From assembly GCA_038740375.1 (NCBI GenBank), contig JAVYLW010000005.1, forward strand, positions 6,085 to 70,084: DNA of 64,000 nucleotides, read 5' to 3'. Source of the stretch: Candidatus Pacearchaeota archaeon. Its GTDB lineage: Archaea > Nanobdellota > Nanobdellia > Pacearchaeales > GW2011-AR1. The translations under genes were made by a program, and so were the position numbers. Every line of letters begins with the position of its first letter. Position 1 is the stretch's first letter. The notes beneath the pieces were generated by a model. The model did not search any database. It was given only the letters and a program-made list of their open reading frames with translations, and was not told the DNA's origin. This document shows, piece after piece, positions 15,578-25,590 of this stretch.

Positions 15578-18442
15578 ATGACTTATATTAAAAAACTGGT
15601 TATGAAAGGTTTTAAAAGTTTTGCAAGAGAAACTATAATAAATTTAGATAGACATATGAATTGTATAGTAGGACCTAATGGTTCAGGTAAAAGCAATATA
15701 ACTGATGCTTTATGTTTTGTTCTTGGAAGATTATCGATAAAAAGTATAAGGGCTGCAAAAGCTGCTCATTTAATATTTAGCGGAAATAAACACTATAAAG
15801 GTGCAAATTACGCTTTAGTAGAAATTGTTTTAGACAATAGTGACAAAACTTTTACTTTAGATAAAGAAGAAATTTCTATACAAAGAATACTAAAAAAAAG
15901 CGGTCAGAGTGTCTATAAGATCAATGGTGAAGTAAAGACAAGACAAGAAGTTCTTGAATTATTAGGACAAGCAGGAATAGATCCACATGGTTTTAATATA
16001 ATCCTTCAAGGAGAAATAGAAAGATTTGTTAAAATGCACGGAGAAGAAAGAAGGAAGGTAATTGAAGAAGTTGCAGGAATTTCTATCTATGAAATGAGAA
16101 AAGAAAAATCATTAAAAGAACTTGAAAAAACAGAAGAAAAACTAAAACAAATTAACGCTATATTAAGAGAAAGAACAAATTATTTAAGAAATCTTGAAAA
16201 TGAACGAGAACAAGCCTTAAAATTTAAGAAATTAGAGGAAACAGTAAAAAAATGTAAAGCATCTATTATAAGCAAACATATTCATGAAAAAGATAAAGAA
16301 TTAAATTTAATACTTGATAAAATACACGATAAGAAGAAAGAGATTGACAGAATTGAAATAAAAATAGGAAAAATAAAAGAGGAAATAAATTTATTAAACG
16401 AAAAAATAAATAATATTTCGACAAATATATTAAAATCCTCAGGTCTTGAACAAGATAATTTAATTTTAGAAATTTCTAATCTTAAACAAGAAATAGCAGG
16501 TTTAGTTGCTAGAAAAGAAAACTTTGAGAATCAATTGTTAGAACTTGATAGAAGAAAAGCTAGTTTAGAAGAGTCTATGAAGGCTTCTGAAAATGAAATC
16601 AAAGAAATTTTAAAAGAAAAAGGTAAAAATACAAAAAAAAATCTTTTAGAAAAAAAGAAAAAACTTGAAGAACTTGAAGAAGCCAGAAGACAATTTTTTT
16701 TACTAAAATCTAATCTCTCTTCAATAAATAGTCAAATTGAAGATAAAAAAAGACAAATTCAAAGATTAAAAAATGAAAATAATCTTATTTTATCTCAAAT
16801 AGAATCTTTAGAAAAAGAAATAAAGATAAAAGATTCTCTAGAAAAACATTCAGAAAAAATTGCAGAATTAAAAAATTTAATCGAAAAAAATAAAGATTTT
16901 GAATCTAAATTGAATGATATTTTGATAGAAAAATCAAAAGTTTTTGCTATTCAGAATAATATTATTGAAGAATCAAAAAAAGTTATATCACAGGTTGAAA
17001 AATTAGATGTTTGTCCACTATGCAAAACTAAAATAACTAAAGAGCATATTGAAGAAGTTATTAAAAAATCAAAAGATAACATAGATTTAGCAAATAAAGT
17101 TATAAGAGATACTGAAGAAGAAATAAAAAAAATAAGATTACAATTGAGTGAATTAAAAATAAAGATATCAGGAGATATTTTGGAAGTAAATCAAAGAAAT
17201 ATTGAAATTTTAAAGTTAAATTCTATTGAAGAAAAAAAATTAGAATTGAAAAGAAACAACGAGTTAATAAAACAGTCAGAAGAAGAATTGAAAAATTTAG
17301 AGATTAAGAAAAAAAATATTGATTCAAAAATAAGTTTAACTAAATTAAGTGAAGAACAATACGAGTCATTAAAATTAGAAGTTAATGAACTTCAAAGAAC
17401 AGAAGAAAGAAATCTAGGAATAGAGATTACAGCTAAGCAAAGAGAACTTGAAAGAATAAATCTTGCAATAAAACAAAATTTACGAGACAGAGAGATAATA
17501 CAAGAAGACTTAATAGATATTAAAGAATCTCTTCAGGAAAAATTAGATCTAGTTGAGAAAAAAGAAAATGAAGAGAATATATTGAAGAAAAAATATCAAA
17601 AACTTTTTGAAGAAAAAAATGCACTTCAAGATAAAGTTAGAAGTTTAGAAACCGAGATGATAACTTCTCAAAATGAAAAAAGAATATTAGAGAACGAAAT
17701 TAATAATTTAATGATAGAAAAAGCTCAGATTAATGCAAAGAAAGAAAGTCTTATTGAAGAAGCAAAAGAGTATGAAGGAATAGAAATAATTTCAATGCCT
17801 TTAGATAGATTAATTGAAAAACTAAATGAGACTGAAATTACTTTAGCTAAGCTTGGAACTGTGAACATGAGAGCATTAGAAGTTTATGATCAAATAAAAG
17901 AAGAATATGATAAAATCAAAGAAAAAGTTGAACAATTAGAAAAAGAAAAGTTAGAGATTTTAAACGTGATATCTCAAATTGATAGAAAAAAGAAAAAAAC
18001 ATTTATCCAAACATTAAATAAAATAAATGAATTATTTTCGAGAAATTTTTTGCAACTTTCTACAAAAGGAATAGTTATATTAGAACCACAGGATTCAAAA
18101 GAAATTTTTAATGCAGGTCTTGATATATCAGTTAAAGTCGGTGGAGGAAAATACTTTGATGTAACATCTTTATCAGGAGGAGAACAAACTTTAGTAGCTT
18201 TATCATTAATTTTTGCTATTCAGGAATACAGGCCATATAGTTTTTATATCTTTGATGAAGTTGATGCAGCATTAGATAGAAGAAATTCAGAAAAACTTGC
18301 TTATTTATTAAAAAAATATATGAAAAACGGACAATATATTATAATAACTCATAATGATTCAATAATCTCAGAATCAACAAACGTATTATACGGAGTTTCT
18401 ATGCAAGATGGAATTTCTAAAGTTCTAAGTATACAATTATAA
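15578..18442 (+). CDS. smc: Smc-family ATPase lacking a hinge, with a central CPLC zinc-hook motif
   Basis: KGFKSF, GPNGSGKSN, Q-loop IILQGEI, ERRKVIEEVAG, VNMRALEVY, LSGGE, FDEVDAALD, IITH. CPLC sits at aa 479-482 of 954. Confidence 0.85.
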   Translation: MTYIKKLVMKGFKSFARETIINLDRHMNCIVGPNGSGKSNITDALCFVLGRLSIKSIRAAKAAHLIFSGNKHYKGANYALVEIVLDNSDKTFTLDKEEISIQRILKKSGQSVYKINGEVKTRQEVLELLGQAGIDPHGFNIILQGEIERFVKMHGEERRKVIEEVAGISIYEMRKEKSLKELEKTEEKLKQINAILRERTNYLRNLENEREQALKFKKLEETVKKCKASIISKHIHEKDKELNLILDKIHDKKKEIDRIEIKIGKIKEEINLLNEKINNISTNILKSSGLEQDNLILEISNLKQEIAGLVARKENFENQLLELDRRKASLEESMKASENEIKEILKEKGKNTKKNLLEKKKKLEELEEARRQFFLLKSNLSSINSQIEDKKRQIQRLKNENNLILSQIESLEKEIKIKDSLEKHSEKIAELKNLIEKNKDFESKLNDILIEKSKVFAIQNNIIEESKKVISQVEKLDVCPLCKTKITKEHIEEVIKKSKDNIDLANKVIRDTEEEIKKIRLQLSELKIKISGDILEVNQRNIEILKLNSIEEKKLELKRNNELIKQSEEELKNLEIKKKNIDSKISLTKLSEEQYESLKLEVNELQRTEERNLGIEITAKQRELERINLAIKQNLRDREIIQEDLIDIKESLQEKLDLVEKKENEENILKKKYQKLFEEKNALQDKVRSLETEMITSQNEKRILENEINNLMIEKAQINAKKESLIEEAKEYEGIEIISMPLDRLIEKLNETEITLAKLGTVNMRALEVYDQIKEEYDKIKEKVEQLEKEKLEILNVISQIDRKKKKTFIQTLNKINELFSRNFLQLSTKGIVILEPQDSKEIFNAGLDISVKVGGGKYFDVTSLSGGEQTLVALSLIFAIQEYRPYSFYIFDEVDAALDRRNSEKLAYLLKKYMKNGQYIIITHNDSIISESTNVLYGVSMQDGISKVLSIQL

Positions 18443-18651
18443 AAATTAATATCAATATATTTAAAAATTTGTATATAATACTCATTTAAAATATAAAAAT
18501 ATTATCTTATTTAAAATTTAATTATGTTATTAAATTATTTATTGTTCTAGAAATATTATTTTTATATTTCTACGAATTTTTAAATAAGAATCTATTTTTT
18601 AAATCTAAAAATTGTAGCAAACTTTAAAATCTTATTAATCTTGATTTTTTC

Positions 18652-21237
18652 ATGAAAAAGAGAGTTGAAACAAAAAACATAATAATTTCGATTTTTACAT
18701 TTTTTATAATACTATTTACATTAATTTTTATTTTATTAATAATAAATTTATCTTCAAAAAATGAATTTAGTGAAAATTATAGAGAGAACTATTTATTTTC
18801 AATTTTTAATAATCCTCTAATCTTTATTCAAAAATTTTTTTCATTTGGAAATTTATATCAAGAAGGAGATGTTATAATAACAGGTTATGCTAACCCTTGC
18901 AAAGATTCATCTGGAAAACCAAGATTTGAAGGTGTAGAGTGTGATGGATCGATTTTTCTTAAAGAAGGACCGATTAAAAAAGGAGTTTGTAAAAATGGAG
19001 AATGTGTTGAATGTCCATTTTCTACACTTCCTTCTGAAGCTAGTGTATATTGCACTAGATGCAAACTTATTGATACAGGAAATGGAAAAAAGCCTTCATT
19101 TACTCCGGTTTGGGAGGATTTAGAATGTGGTATTAAAATAGATTTAAAAGGAGGAAAAATACAAAAAGGAATATGTAAAAAAGGTTCATGTTTAGAATGT
19201 CCAGAATCAACGCTTCCTAAAAATGCTCATGCATCTTGCGTAAGATGTCAACTAGTAGATGGAGAACCGAAATTTGTTTCTATTGCTGATGGTTATTATA
19301 ATTGTGGTGAGATAATTAATATACTCGGAGGAAAAATACAAAAAGGAATATGTAAAAAAGGTTCATGTTTAGAATGTCCAGAATCAACGCTTCCTAAAAA
19401 TGCTCATGCATCTTGCGTAAGATGTCAACTAGTAGATGGAGAACCGAAATTTTCTCCTAGTTATGAAGGTTTGAGTTGTAAAAAAATCGATGGAACTGAT
19501 TCTAAATGTTTCAGAGGAGCTTGCGGTTTTCAATGTGAACCTTTATGTAATGAATGTCAAGATTGTCAATTAGTACGTGAAAGTTTAAGCGAAATAGAGC
19601 CAAAATGTGTTGGAATTCCTAGTAGAAAAGGAATGAGTTGTAAGACAAATCCAGAAAAAGAAAAAAGAGATGGAATATGTAATGAAAAAGGTGAATGTAT
19701 AAAATCTGATTGTGAAGAAATACCTGAATGTTATACTTGTGATTATTCATCTAGTCCTCCAAAATTAAAAAAATTAGGAGATGGACATTTATGTATAACT
19801 TTGGATAACAAAGAGGGTATTTGTATTAATGGAGTTTGCAATATTAAAACATGTGAATTGATGTTTGGAGATAATTTTGTAAATTGTGGAGGGAGATCAA
19901 GTGAGTTAAAATGTTGTTATAAAGATAAATGTTGTAGTATGAATATTTTAGGTTTAATAGATATCTCTCTTTGTTGCAGAAAAGACGAAATTTGTAATTT
20001 TTTTGAGCCTTTTATAAATCGTCCTTCTATAAAATCACCTTATTGTAAATTAAATGAATGTAAAGAGCCTAAACCGATAAAATGTCCAAGTGATGGTAAT
20101 AATGTACATATTGTTGCTTGTTGTCCTAAAGAAAAGCCTAAATGCCTAATTTTTGATAAAGAAGTAAAGGTTCCTATATATGGAACTTCTGATAACACTT
20201 ATAAAACTGCTTCTTGTGGAAAAGATATTTGCGGTTCTGAAGAGACTAAATGTCCATCAGATAAAGAAAATCCATTTGAAGGAGGAGTTTTATGTTGTGA
20301 TAAATACGAGAAATGTATAATTTCTCCAGTAAAAGAATATCCAATACCTTTATGTATAGCTGATTGTTCAAAAATAAAACCAGGATATTTTTGTTGTCAA
20401 GGAAAATCAGGATTTGGAGCAGATTATTCATCAACAGCTAAATGGTGTAAAGATGGATTAGAATTCTGCCATACTAGTAATGGAATTCCTTGGTGTTATC
20501 CTATAAAAGATATTAATGGAGAATTGATTAAAACAAAATCAACTTCAATATATTTAATAAGGGAAAAAGATTATATATCTTTAGATGGAATAGGATATGT
20601 TATAACTCCTCATATGGAATTTTTAAAAGATATAGAAATTTTATTTAATTATTCATATTATAATTATAACAAACCAGTAACATATAGGTTTAAAGATTAT
20701 GAAGCTGTTTTAGAATCATGTAATCATACTTTGTTGAAAAATGTTTCTAAAATTATAGGAATTTTTGGAGGTATTATTAATATATCAGATAAAATAATAA
20801 TGAATATTTCAGAAAATTCTTTAGAAAATTTAACAATGTTTAGTATTCAGGAATATAACTTATCTAATTGTTATAAACTTAATGATCAGGATAATATTTT
20901 AAATTCATTATATAATTTAGATTCTTTTTTAGCTCTATCAAGGTTAAATTCTTTTAGTTTATCGCAATCAGAAAATAATGTTTTTTTAGAGAATAATGAA
21001 GATAATATTAATTTTATTTCAAACGATAATGCAATTTTTTCAGAAAAAGATGCTAATTTTCAAAATAAATTAAATCCTGAAAAAGTTTCATTAATTAATT
21101 TGAAAAATAAAAAATCTTATTTAACTATTTTTATGATATTTATAATAATTCTGTTTATTTTAATAGCAATCTTTCTACTATACAAGCTAAAATTTTTCAA
21201 GAAAATTTATTCTTTTAAAATAAAAAAAGAAATTTAA
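18652..21237 (+). CDS. Large Cys-rich surface protein with N- and C-terminal TM helices and internal repeats
   Basis: Dense Cys pattern, ~59-aa tandem repeats, and a C-terminal domain paralogous to that of 31410..32846. Confidence 0.8.
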   Translation: MKKRVETKNIIISIFTFFIILFTLIFILLIINLSSKNEFSENYRENYLFSIFNNPLIFIQKFFSFGNLYQEGDVIITGYANPCKDSSGKPRFEGVECDGSIFLKEGPIKKGVCKNGECVECPFSTLPSEASVYCTRCKLIDTGNGKKPSFTPVWEDLECGIKIDLKGGKIQKGICKKGSCLECPESTLPKNAHASCVRCQLVDGEPKFVSIADGYYNCGEIINILGGKIQKGICKKGSCLECPESTLPKNAHASCVRCQLVDGEPKFSPSYEGLSCKKIDGTDSKCFRGACGFQCEPLCNECQDCQLVRESLSEIEPKCVGIPSRKGMSCKTNPEKEKRDGICNEKGECIKSDCEEIPECYTCDYSSSPPKLKKLGDGHLCITLDNKEGICINGVCNIKTCELMFGDNFVNCGGRSSELKCCYKDKCCSMNILGLIDISLCCRKDEICNFFEPFINRPSIKSPYCKLNECKEPKPIKCPSDGNNVHIVACCPKEKPKCLIFDKEVKVPIYGTSDNTYKTASCGKDICGSEETKCPSDKENPFEGGVLCCDKYEKCIISPVKEYPIPLCIADCSKIKPGYFCCQGKSGFGADYSSTAKWCKDGLEFCHTSNGIPWCYPIKDINGELIKTKSTSIYLIREKDYISLDGIGYVITPHMEFLKDIEILFNYSYYNYNKPVTYRFKDYEAVLESCNHTLLKNVSKIIGIFGGIINISDKIIMNISENSLENLTMFSIQEYNLSNCYKLNDQDNILNSLYNLDSFLALSRLNSFSLSQSENNVFLENNEDNINFISNDNAIFSEKDANFQNKLNPEKVSLINLKNKKSYLTIFMIFIIILFILIAIFLLYKLKFFKKIYSFKIKKEI
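19150..19452 (+). repeat. Exact 126-bp direct repeat (19150-19275 and 19327-19452), period 177 bp
   Basis: Base-by-base identity from GGAGGAAAAATACAA to GGAGAACCGAAATTT. It encodes GGKIQKGICKKGSCLECPESTLPKNAHASCVRCQLVDGEPKF twice. Confidence 0.95.
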
Positions 21238-21600
21238 TGAAGATTATAAAGGATACTATAAATTCTTTAAAAAATTCGATATTAATGTTTAAATATGCTA
21301 TTATCTTTTATAAAAAAGTAAAAGAAAGTCTTAACTTCCTGAATTTTAATAATTTTTTACCACATTTATAATATAGATTGTTTTTATTTTTTATATCCAT
21401 ATATTCTATATCTTTTAATAATTTCTAAATATAATAGAATATTAACCCTAATAATCTTACTTTAATCAAAAATTAGCTTCTATTTAAATATTCATTAGAA
21501 ATTAAAATAATGCATTAATTTTTTTGTTTATTAATTTCTTTTAAAAATTATTTTTTATAAAACTTTATAAGGTAATTATTACTTTTAAAATAATAATAAC

Positions 21601-23856
21601 ATGAACAAAAAAATTAATAATATTTATATTTGTAAATTTAATATTTTGTTATATTTATTAATAATTTTATTATTTTTTTTAATTATAAATAATGTAGACG
21701 CACAATGCACTCCAAATTTAGTGAATACATCTTGGACAGAATGGAAAAGTTATACTGTTTGTAATTCTTCAAATTTGATTAGCCAATATAGAACATTAAT
21801 AGAATACGATAAAAATAATTGTTTACCGAATAAGACTTATATTCAAAGAAGAGTAATAAACTGTAATATAGAAAATTCTCTTATACAAAAATTAAAAAAA
21901 TATAACTTACTAATATTTTTTATATTAATACTTTTAATAATTTTTTTGTTTCTGTTGATATTCTTAGTAAGATTTTTGAGAGAAAAAAAGAAAAATTATG
22001 CAATTAGTTACCCAGTAAAATCTCAATCTATTTTTAAAAAAATTAAAGATAGTTTTTTGAATTATCTGGAAAATAGAAGGGTTTTAAGAGAAAAACGTAG
22101 ACTTGAAAGAGAAAAACTTATGTTAGAACGTTCTGAAGAGAAAAAAAGAAAAGAACAGGAAAGATTAAGATTAGAAGAAGAAAAAAGACAAGAACTTTTG
22201 AGAATTAAAAAAATTGAAAATGAGAGATTAGCAAGAAAATTAGAAGAAAAAGCAAAAAAACAAGCGGAATATGAAAAACTAAAAAAAGAAAGAATTCAAA
22301 AGAGAAAAGAAGCATTTGACAAACTTAAAAAACAGATTGTATCGCCTTTTATAAGCTTGAAAGAAAGGATTAATAAATATAAGTTAGAAAAAAGGAGATT
22401 AAGAGAAGAAAAGGAGAAAGAGAGAAAGAGACAGGAAAGACTTAAAAAATTACGAGAAGAAAGAGAAAAGAGAAGAATTGAAGAGCAATTAAGATTAGAA
22501 AAAATAAGACTTGAAAAAGAAGAAAAAGAAAAACAAAGAAGACAAAGAGAAGAAGAAGAGCTTGCAAGAAAATTAAAGAGGAGATTGGAATTAGAAAAAT
22601 TAAAATTCGAGGCAGAAAAGCTAAAAAAAGAAAGAGATGAAGAAATAAGAATTGAGAGAATAAAAAGAGAACAGGAAAGATTAAGAAAACAAAAAGAAGA
22701 ACAAGAAAGATTAGAACTTGAAAAATTAAAAAGAGAAAAAGAAGCTGAAAAAATTAGGTTAGAAGCAGAAAAATTAAGAATTCAAAAAGAAATTATTGAA
22801 AATAGAAAAAAAGAACAGGAAAGATTAAGAAAACAAAAAGAAGAAGAAAGAAAAATTAGAGAAGAACAAATTAAAAAAGCTAAAGAAGAAGAATTAAGAA
22901 AAAAATTAGAATATGAGAAAAAAAAGAGAGAGGAGTATGAAGAAAAAGAAAAGAAGATTTTAGAGGAAAAAATAAAAATACAAAGAGAAAAAGAAGAAAG
23001 AGAACGTGAGAGAGTAATAAGAGAACTAGAAGAAAAAGCAAGAATATCTGCTGAATTAGAAAAAAAATTAGAAGAAGAAAGAATTAAAAAAGAAAGAGAA
23101 AAACTTATAAAAGAGATTGAAAAATTAAAAAGACAAAAAGAAGAGGAGCTTAAATTAGAGAAAGAAAAACAAGAAGAAGAAAGATTAGAAAAAGAGAGGC
23201 TGTTAAAGGAAATTGAGAAGATAAAACAAAAAAGAGAAGAAGAAAGACAAAAATTATTAAAGGAGTTAGAAGAAAAAGCAAGAATAAAAGCAGAGCAAGA
23301 AAAAATATTAGAAGAAAGAGAAAGATTAAAAATAGAAAAAGAAAAAGATTTTGAAAGAATAAAACAAAAAGTTCAAATAGAAACAAAGATATTTGAAATT
23401 AATAATCTTATTTCAGAGGGTTATAAATTTTTGGAACAAGATAATATAAATGGAGCAATAGAATCCTATAAAAAATTAAAAGATATTTATGATGCTAATT
23501 TAGATTCAGATAGATCAATATATAATAAAATAATTAATTTTTATAATAAACTTGAAAATTATTCAATGATTAAAAAACAAAAAATGTTTTCAAATTATTC
23601 TAATTTACCCAATTTACAAACTAACCCTAATTTAAATAATTATAATTCTCTATATTCTGTTAATGAGGAAAATATAAAAGAAATAAATTATCTATTAGTA
23701 GAAGCTGAAATAGCTTTATCTAATAATGACATAGCTTCAGCAAAAGAGTTTTATAATAAGATAAGTAATATTTATGACCCTAAAAATGATCCTGATAAAG
23801 AAATTTATAAAAAGATTTTGAATTTACATAACAAAATAAGTAAATATTTATATTAA
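21601..23856 (+). CDS. Single-pass membrane protein: small extracellular Cys domain, very long E/K/R-rich helix, duplicated C-terminal helical domain
   Basis: Signal peptide (VDA-QC), CTPN..W..W...C...QYRT...D.NNC, TM, a charged tract of ~440 aa, and two IN.L...A...Y.KI..IY modules. Confidence 0.8.
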   Translation: MNKKINNIYICKFNILLYLLIILLFFLIINNVDAQCTPNLVNTSWTEWKSYTVCNSSNLISQYRTLIEYDKNNCLPNKTYIQRRVINCNIENSLIQKLKKYNLLIFFILILLIIFLFLLIFLVRFLREKKKNYAISYPVKSQSIFKKIKDSFLNYLENRRVLREKRRLEREKLMLERSEEKKRKEQERLRLEEEKRQELLRIKKIENERLARKLEEKAKKQAEYEKLKKERIQKRKEAFDKLKKQIVSPFISLKERINKYKLEKRRLREEKEKERKRQERLKKLREEREKRRIEEQLRLEKIRLEKEEKEKQRRQREEEELARKLKRRLELEKLKFEAEKLKKERDEEIRIERIKREQERLRKQKEEQERLELEKLKREKEAEKIRLEAEKLRIQKEIIENRKKEQERLRKQKEEERKIREEQIKKAKEEELRKKLEYEKKKREEYEEKEKKILEEKIKIQREKEERERERVIRELEEKARISAELEKKLEEERIKKEREKLIKEIEKLKRQKEEELKLEKEKQEEERLEKERLLKEIEKIKQKREEERQKLLKELEEKARIKAEQEKILEERERLKIEKEKDFERIKQKVQIETKIFEINNLISEGYKFLEQDNINGAIESYKKLKDIYDANLDSDRSIYNKIINFYNKLENYSMIKKQKMFSNYSNLPNLQTNPNLNNYNSLYSVNEENIKEINYLLVEAEIALSNNDIASAKEFYNKISNIYDPKNDPDKEIYKKILNLHNKISKYLY

Positions 23857-23948
23857 TCTAAAATAATAAAAAATATTAATAGTGATTGTTAATAACAATT
23901 ATTTTATAAAGTATATATTCTTAAAAAATTAGTTTTATTTATTTTTTT

Positions 23949-24707
23949 ATGGATTTAATAAAAAGGTTAATAATATTTACTACATTAATTTTAATTTTAG
24001 CTTTGCTTTCAATATACTGGCCTTACATTACAGGCAAACTTGTTTTAAATAAAGAAGATACATATTATCAAAAAGAGTCTGCTATACTTAAAAGTGTTGT
24101 TGACGGAGATACAATAAAGGTCATTTTGAATAATAAAGAAGAAATTATCAGATTATTAGGAATTAATACTCCTGAGAAAAAAAATCCTTATAGTGGTGAA
24201 GCAACAAATTTCTTAAAACAATTTGAGAATTCTTCGATAGAATTATTAAGAGATAAAGAAGATGTTGATAAATACAACAGAAAATTAAGATATATTTTTT
24301 ACAACGATAGAATATTAAATGTTGAAATTTTAGAAAACGGTTTTGCTACTAGTTTTATGATTAAGGGATTAAAATATGAAGAAAAATTAAGAATTGCTGA
24401 AGATTTTGCGAGAAATAATAAAATTGGTTTATGGAAAGAATCAAAAGATATTTGTGCAAAATGTATCAAGTTAATAAAATTAGATCCTTTTGAAGATTAT
24501 TTTATAATAAAAAATATTTGCAATTTTGAATGTGATTTAAAAGGATGGTTAGTTAAAGATGATGCTAATCATTTTATAAAACTAAGCTATCTTCAAGCAG
24601 GTCAAGAACAAACTTTTCAATCAGAAAAAGAAATCTGGAATGATAATGGAGATAGATTCTTTATGAGGGATAAAAATGGAGATGTAGTTATTTTTTATGA
24701 GTATTAA
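23949..24707 (+). CDS. Membrane-anchored thermonuclease (SNase) with C-terminal lamin-tail-like domain
   Basis: VVDGDTI, IRLLGINTPE, DKYNRKLRY and IGLW. The C-terminus has DLKGWLVKD...IWNDNGDRFFMRD. Confidence 0.88.
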   Translation: MDLIKRLIIFTTLILILALLSIYWPYITGKLVLNKEDTYYQKESAILKSVVDGDTIKVILNNKEEIIRLLGINTPEKKNPYSGEATNFLKQFENSSIELLRDKEDVDKYNRKLRYIFYNDRILNVEILENGFATSFMIKGLKYEEKLRIAEDFARNNKIGLWKESKDICAKCIKLIKLDPFEDYFIIKNICNFECDLKGWLVKDDANHFIKLSYLQAGQEQTFQSEKEIWNDNGDRFFMRDKNGDVVIFYEY

Positions 24708-24805
24708 TAAACTTTATAACCTTTATAATACCATTTAATTTTATAATCTATTCATAATCTGTTTAAAATTAAATAACTTCAATAAAAAATATTTTTTCAA
24801 ATATT

Positions 24806-25258
24806 TTAATAATTTCTATAATTTTTCTGTAGATAATAATTTATAGGAAGCAACATACCAAAAATAAAACTAAGCCAACCGATTCCAGATATTAAAATTA
24901 ATGTAAAATTTTTAAATAAAATAGATATTGTAAATATTCCAGCCCATGAAATTATTCCTGATAAAAACAAAATTACCCACGTCATTTTATCTTTTCTTTT
25001 AATAATAAAATCAGATAGATATATTATAAGAATTCCATTTGAAATTAATAATATTCCAATTAGTATATTAAATAAATGAAACAAATGTGCTATTTTTGCA
25101 TTGTATCTTAGAAAAAATCCCCATAATTCAGAAATTCCTCTAAAATTTCTCCTCATATTATATTTTATAAAAAAAATATAAAAAAAACCATAAATAATCA
25201 TAAAAACTCCGTTATATAAAGTTATTTTTGCACCTTGTTTTACTCTTTGAATATTCAT
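24806..25258 (-). CDS. Four-TM hypothetical membrane protein
   Basis: Four hydrophobic segments. Confidence 0.7.
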   Translation of the reverse strand: MNIQRVKQGAKITLYNGVFMIIYGFFYIFFIKYNMRRNFRGISELWGFFLRYNAKIAHLFHLFNILIGILLISNGILIIYLSDFIIKRKDKMTWVILFLSGIISWAGIFTISILFKNFTLILISGIGWLSFIFGMLLPINYYLQKNYRNY

Positions 25259-25590
25259 ATAATTTGTAATGAAATATTATTTAAAAAAATTTATGAACAA
25301 AATAATAATCTCTTAAACATATAAAAAAGACAAGGTATTATTAAAAAATTATTTATGATAACTAAGTATATTACTAAAAGCATATTAATTTAAATCTAAA
25401 ATTCAAATATAAACTTTTTAAATGATTTTAAAAAATATGAAAAATAAGTATGTTATTATAAACTTATTTTTCAATTTAGAATTTATACAATATAAAAAAA
25501 TAATACACTATAAAATTTTAAAATTTTTTGATTTATAATATGATTATAAAAAACAAAATATTTATTAATAAAAAAAATTTAATATAAAAA

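Noticed and set aside
15578-18442. Plain Rad50/SbcC annotation
   Set aside because: Head, neck and D-loop motifs (DEVDAALD, VNMRALE) are Smc-type, whereas Rad50 typically has DEPT. No mre11/herA/nurA is adjacent.
19150-19452. DGR template/variable repeat pair
   Set aside because: The copies are identical with no adenine-specific differences, both are in frame within one gene, and no reverse transcriptase is present in the window.
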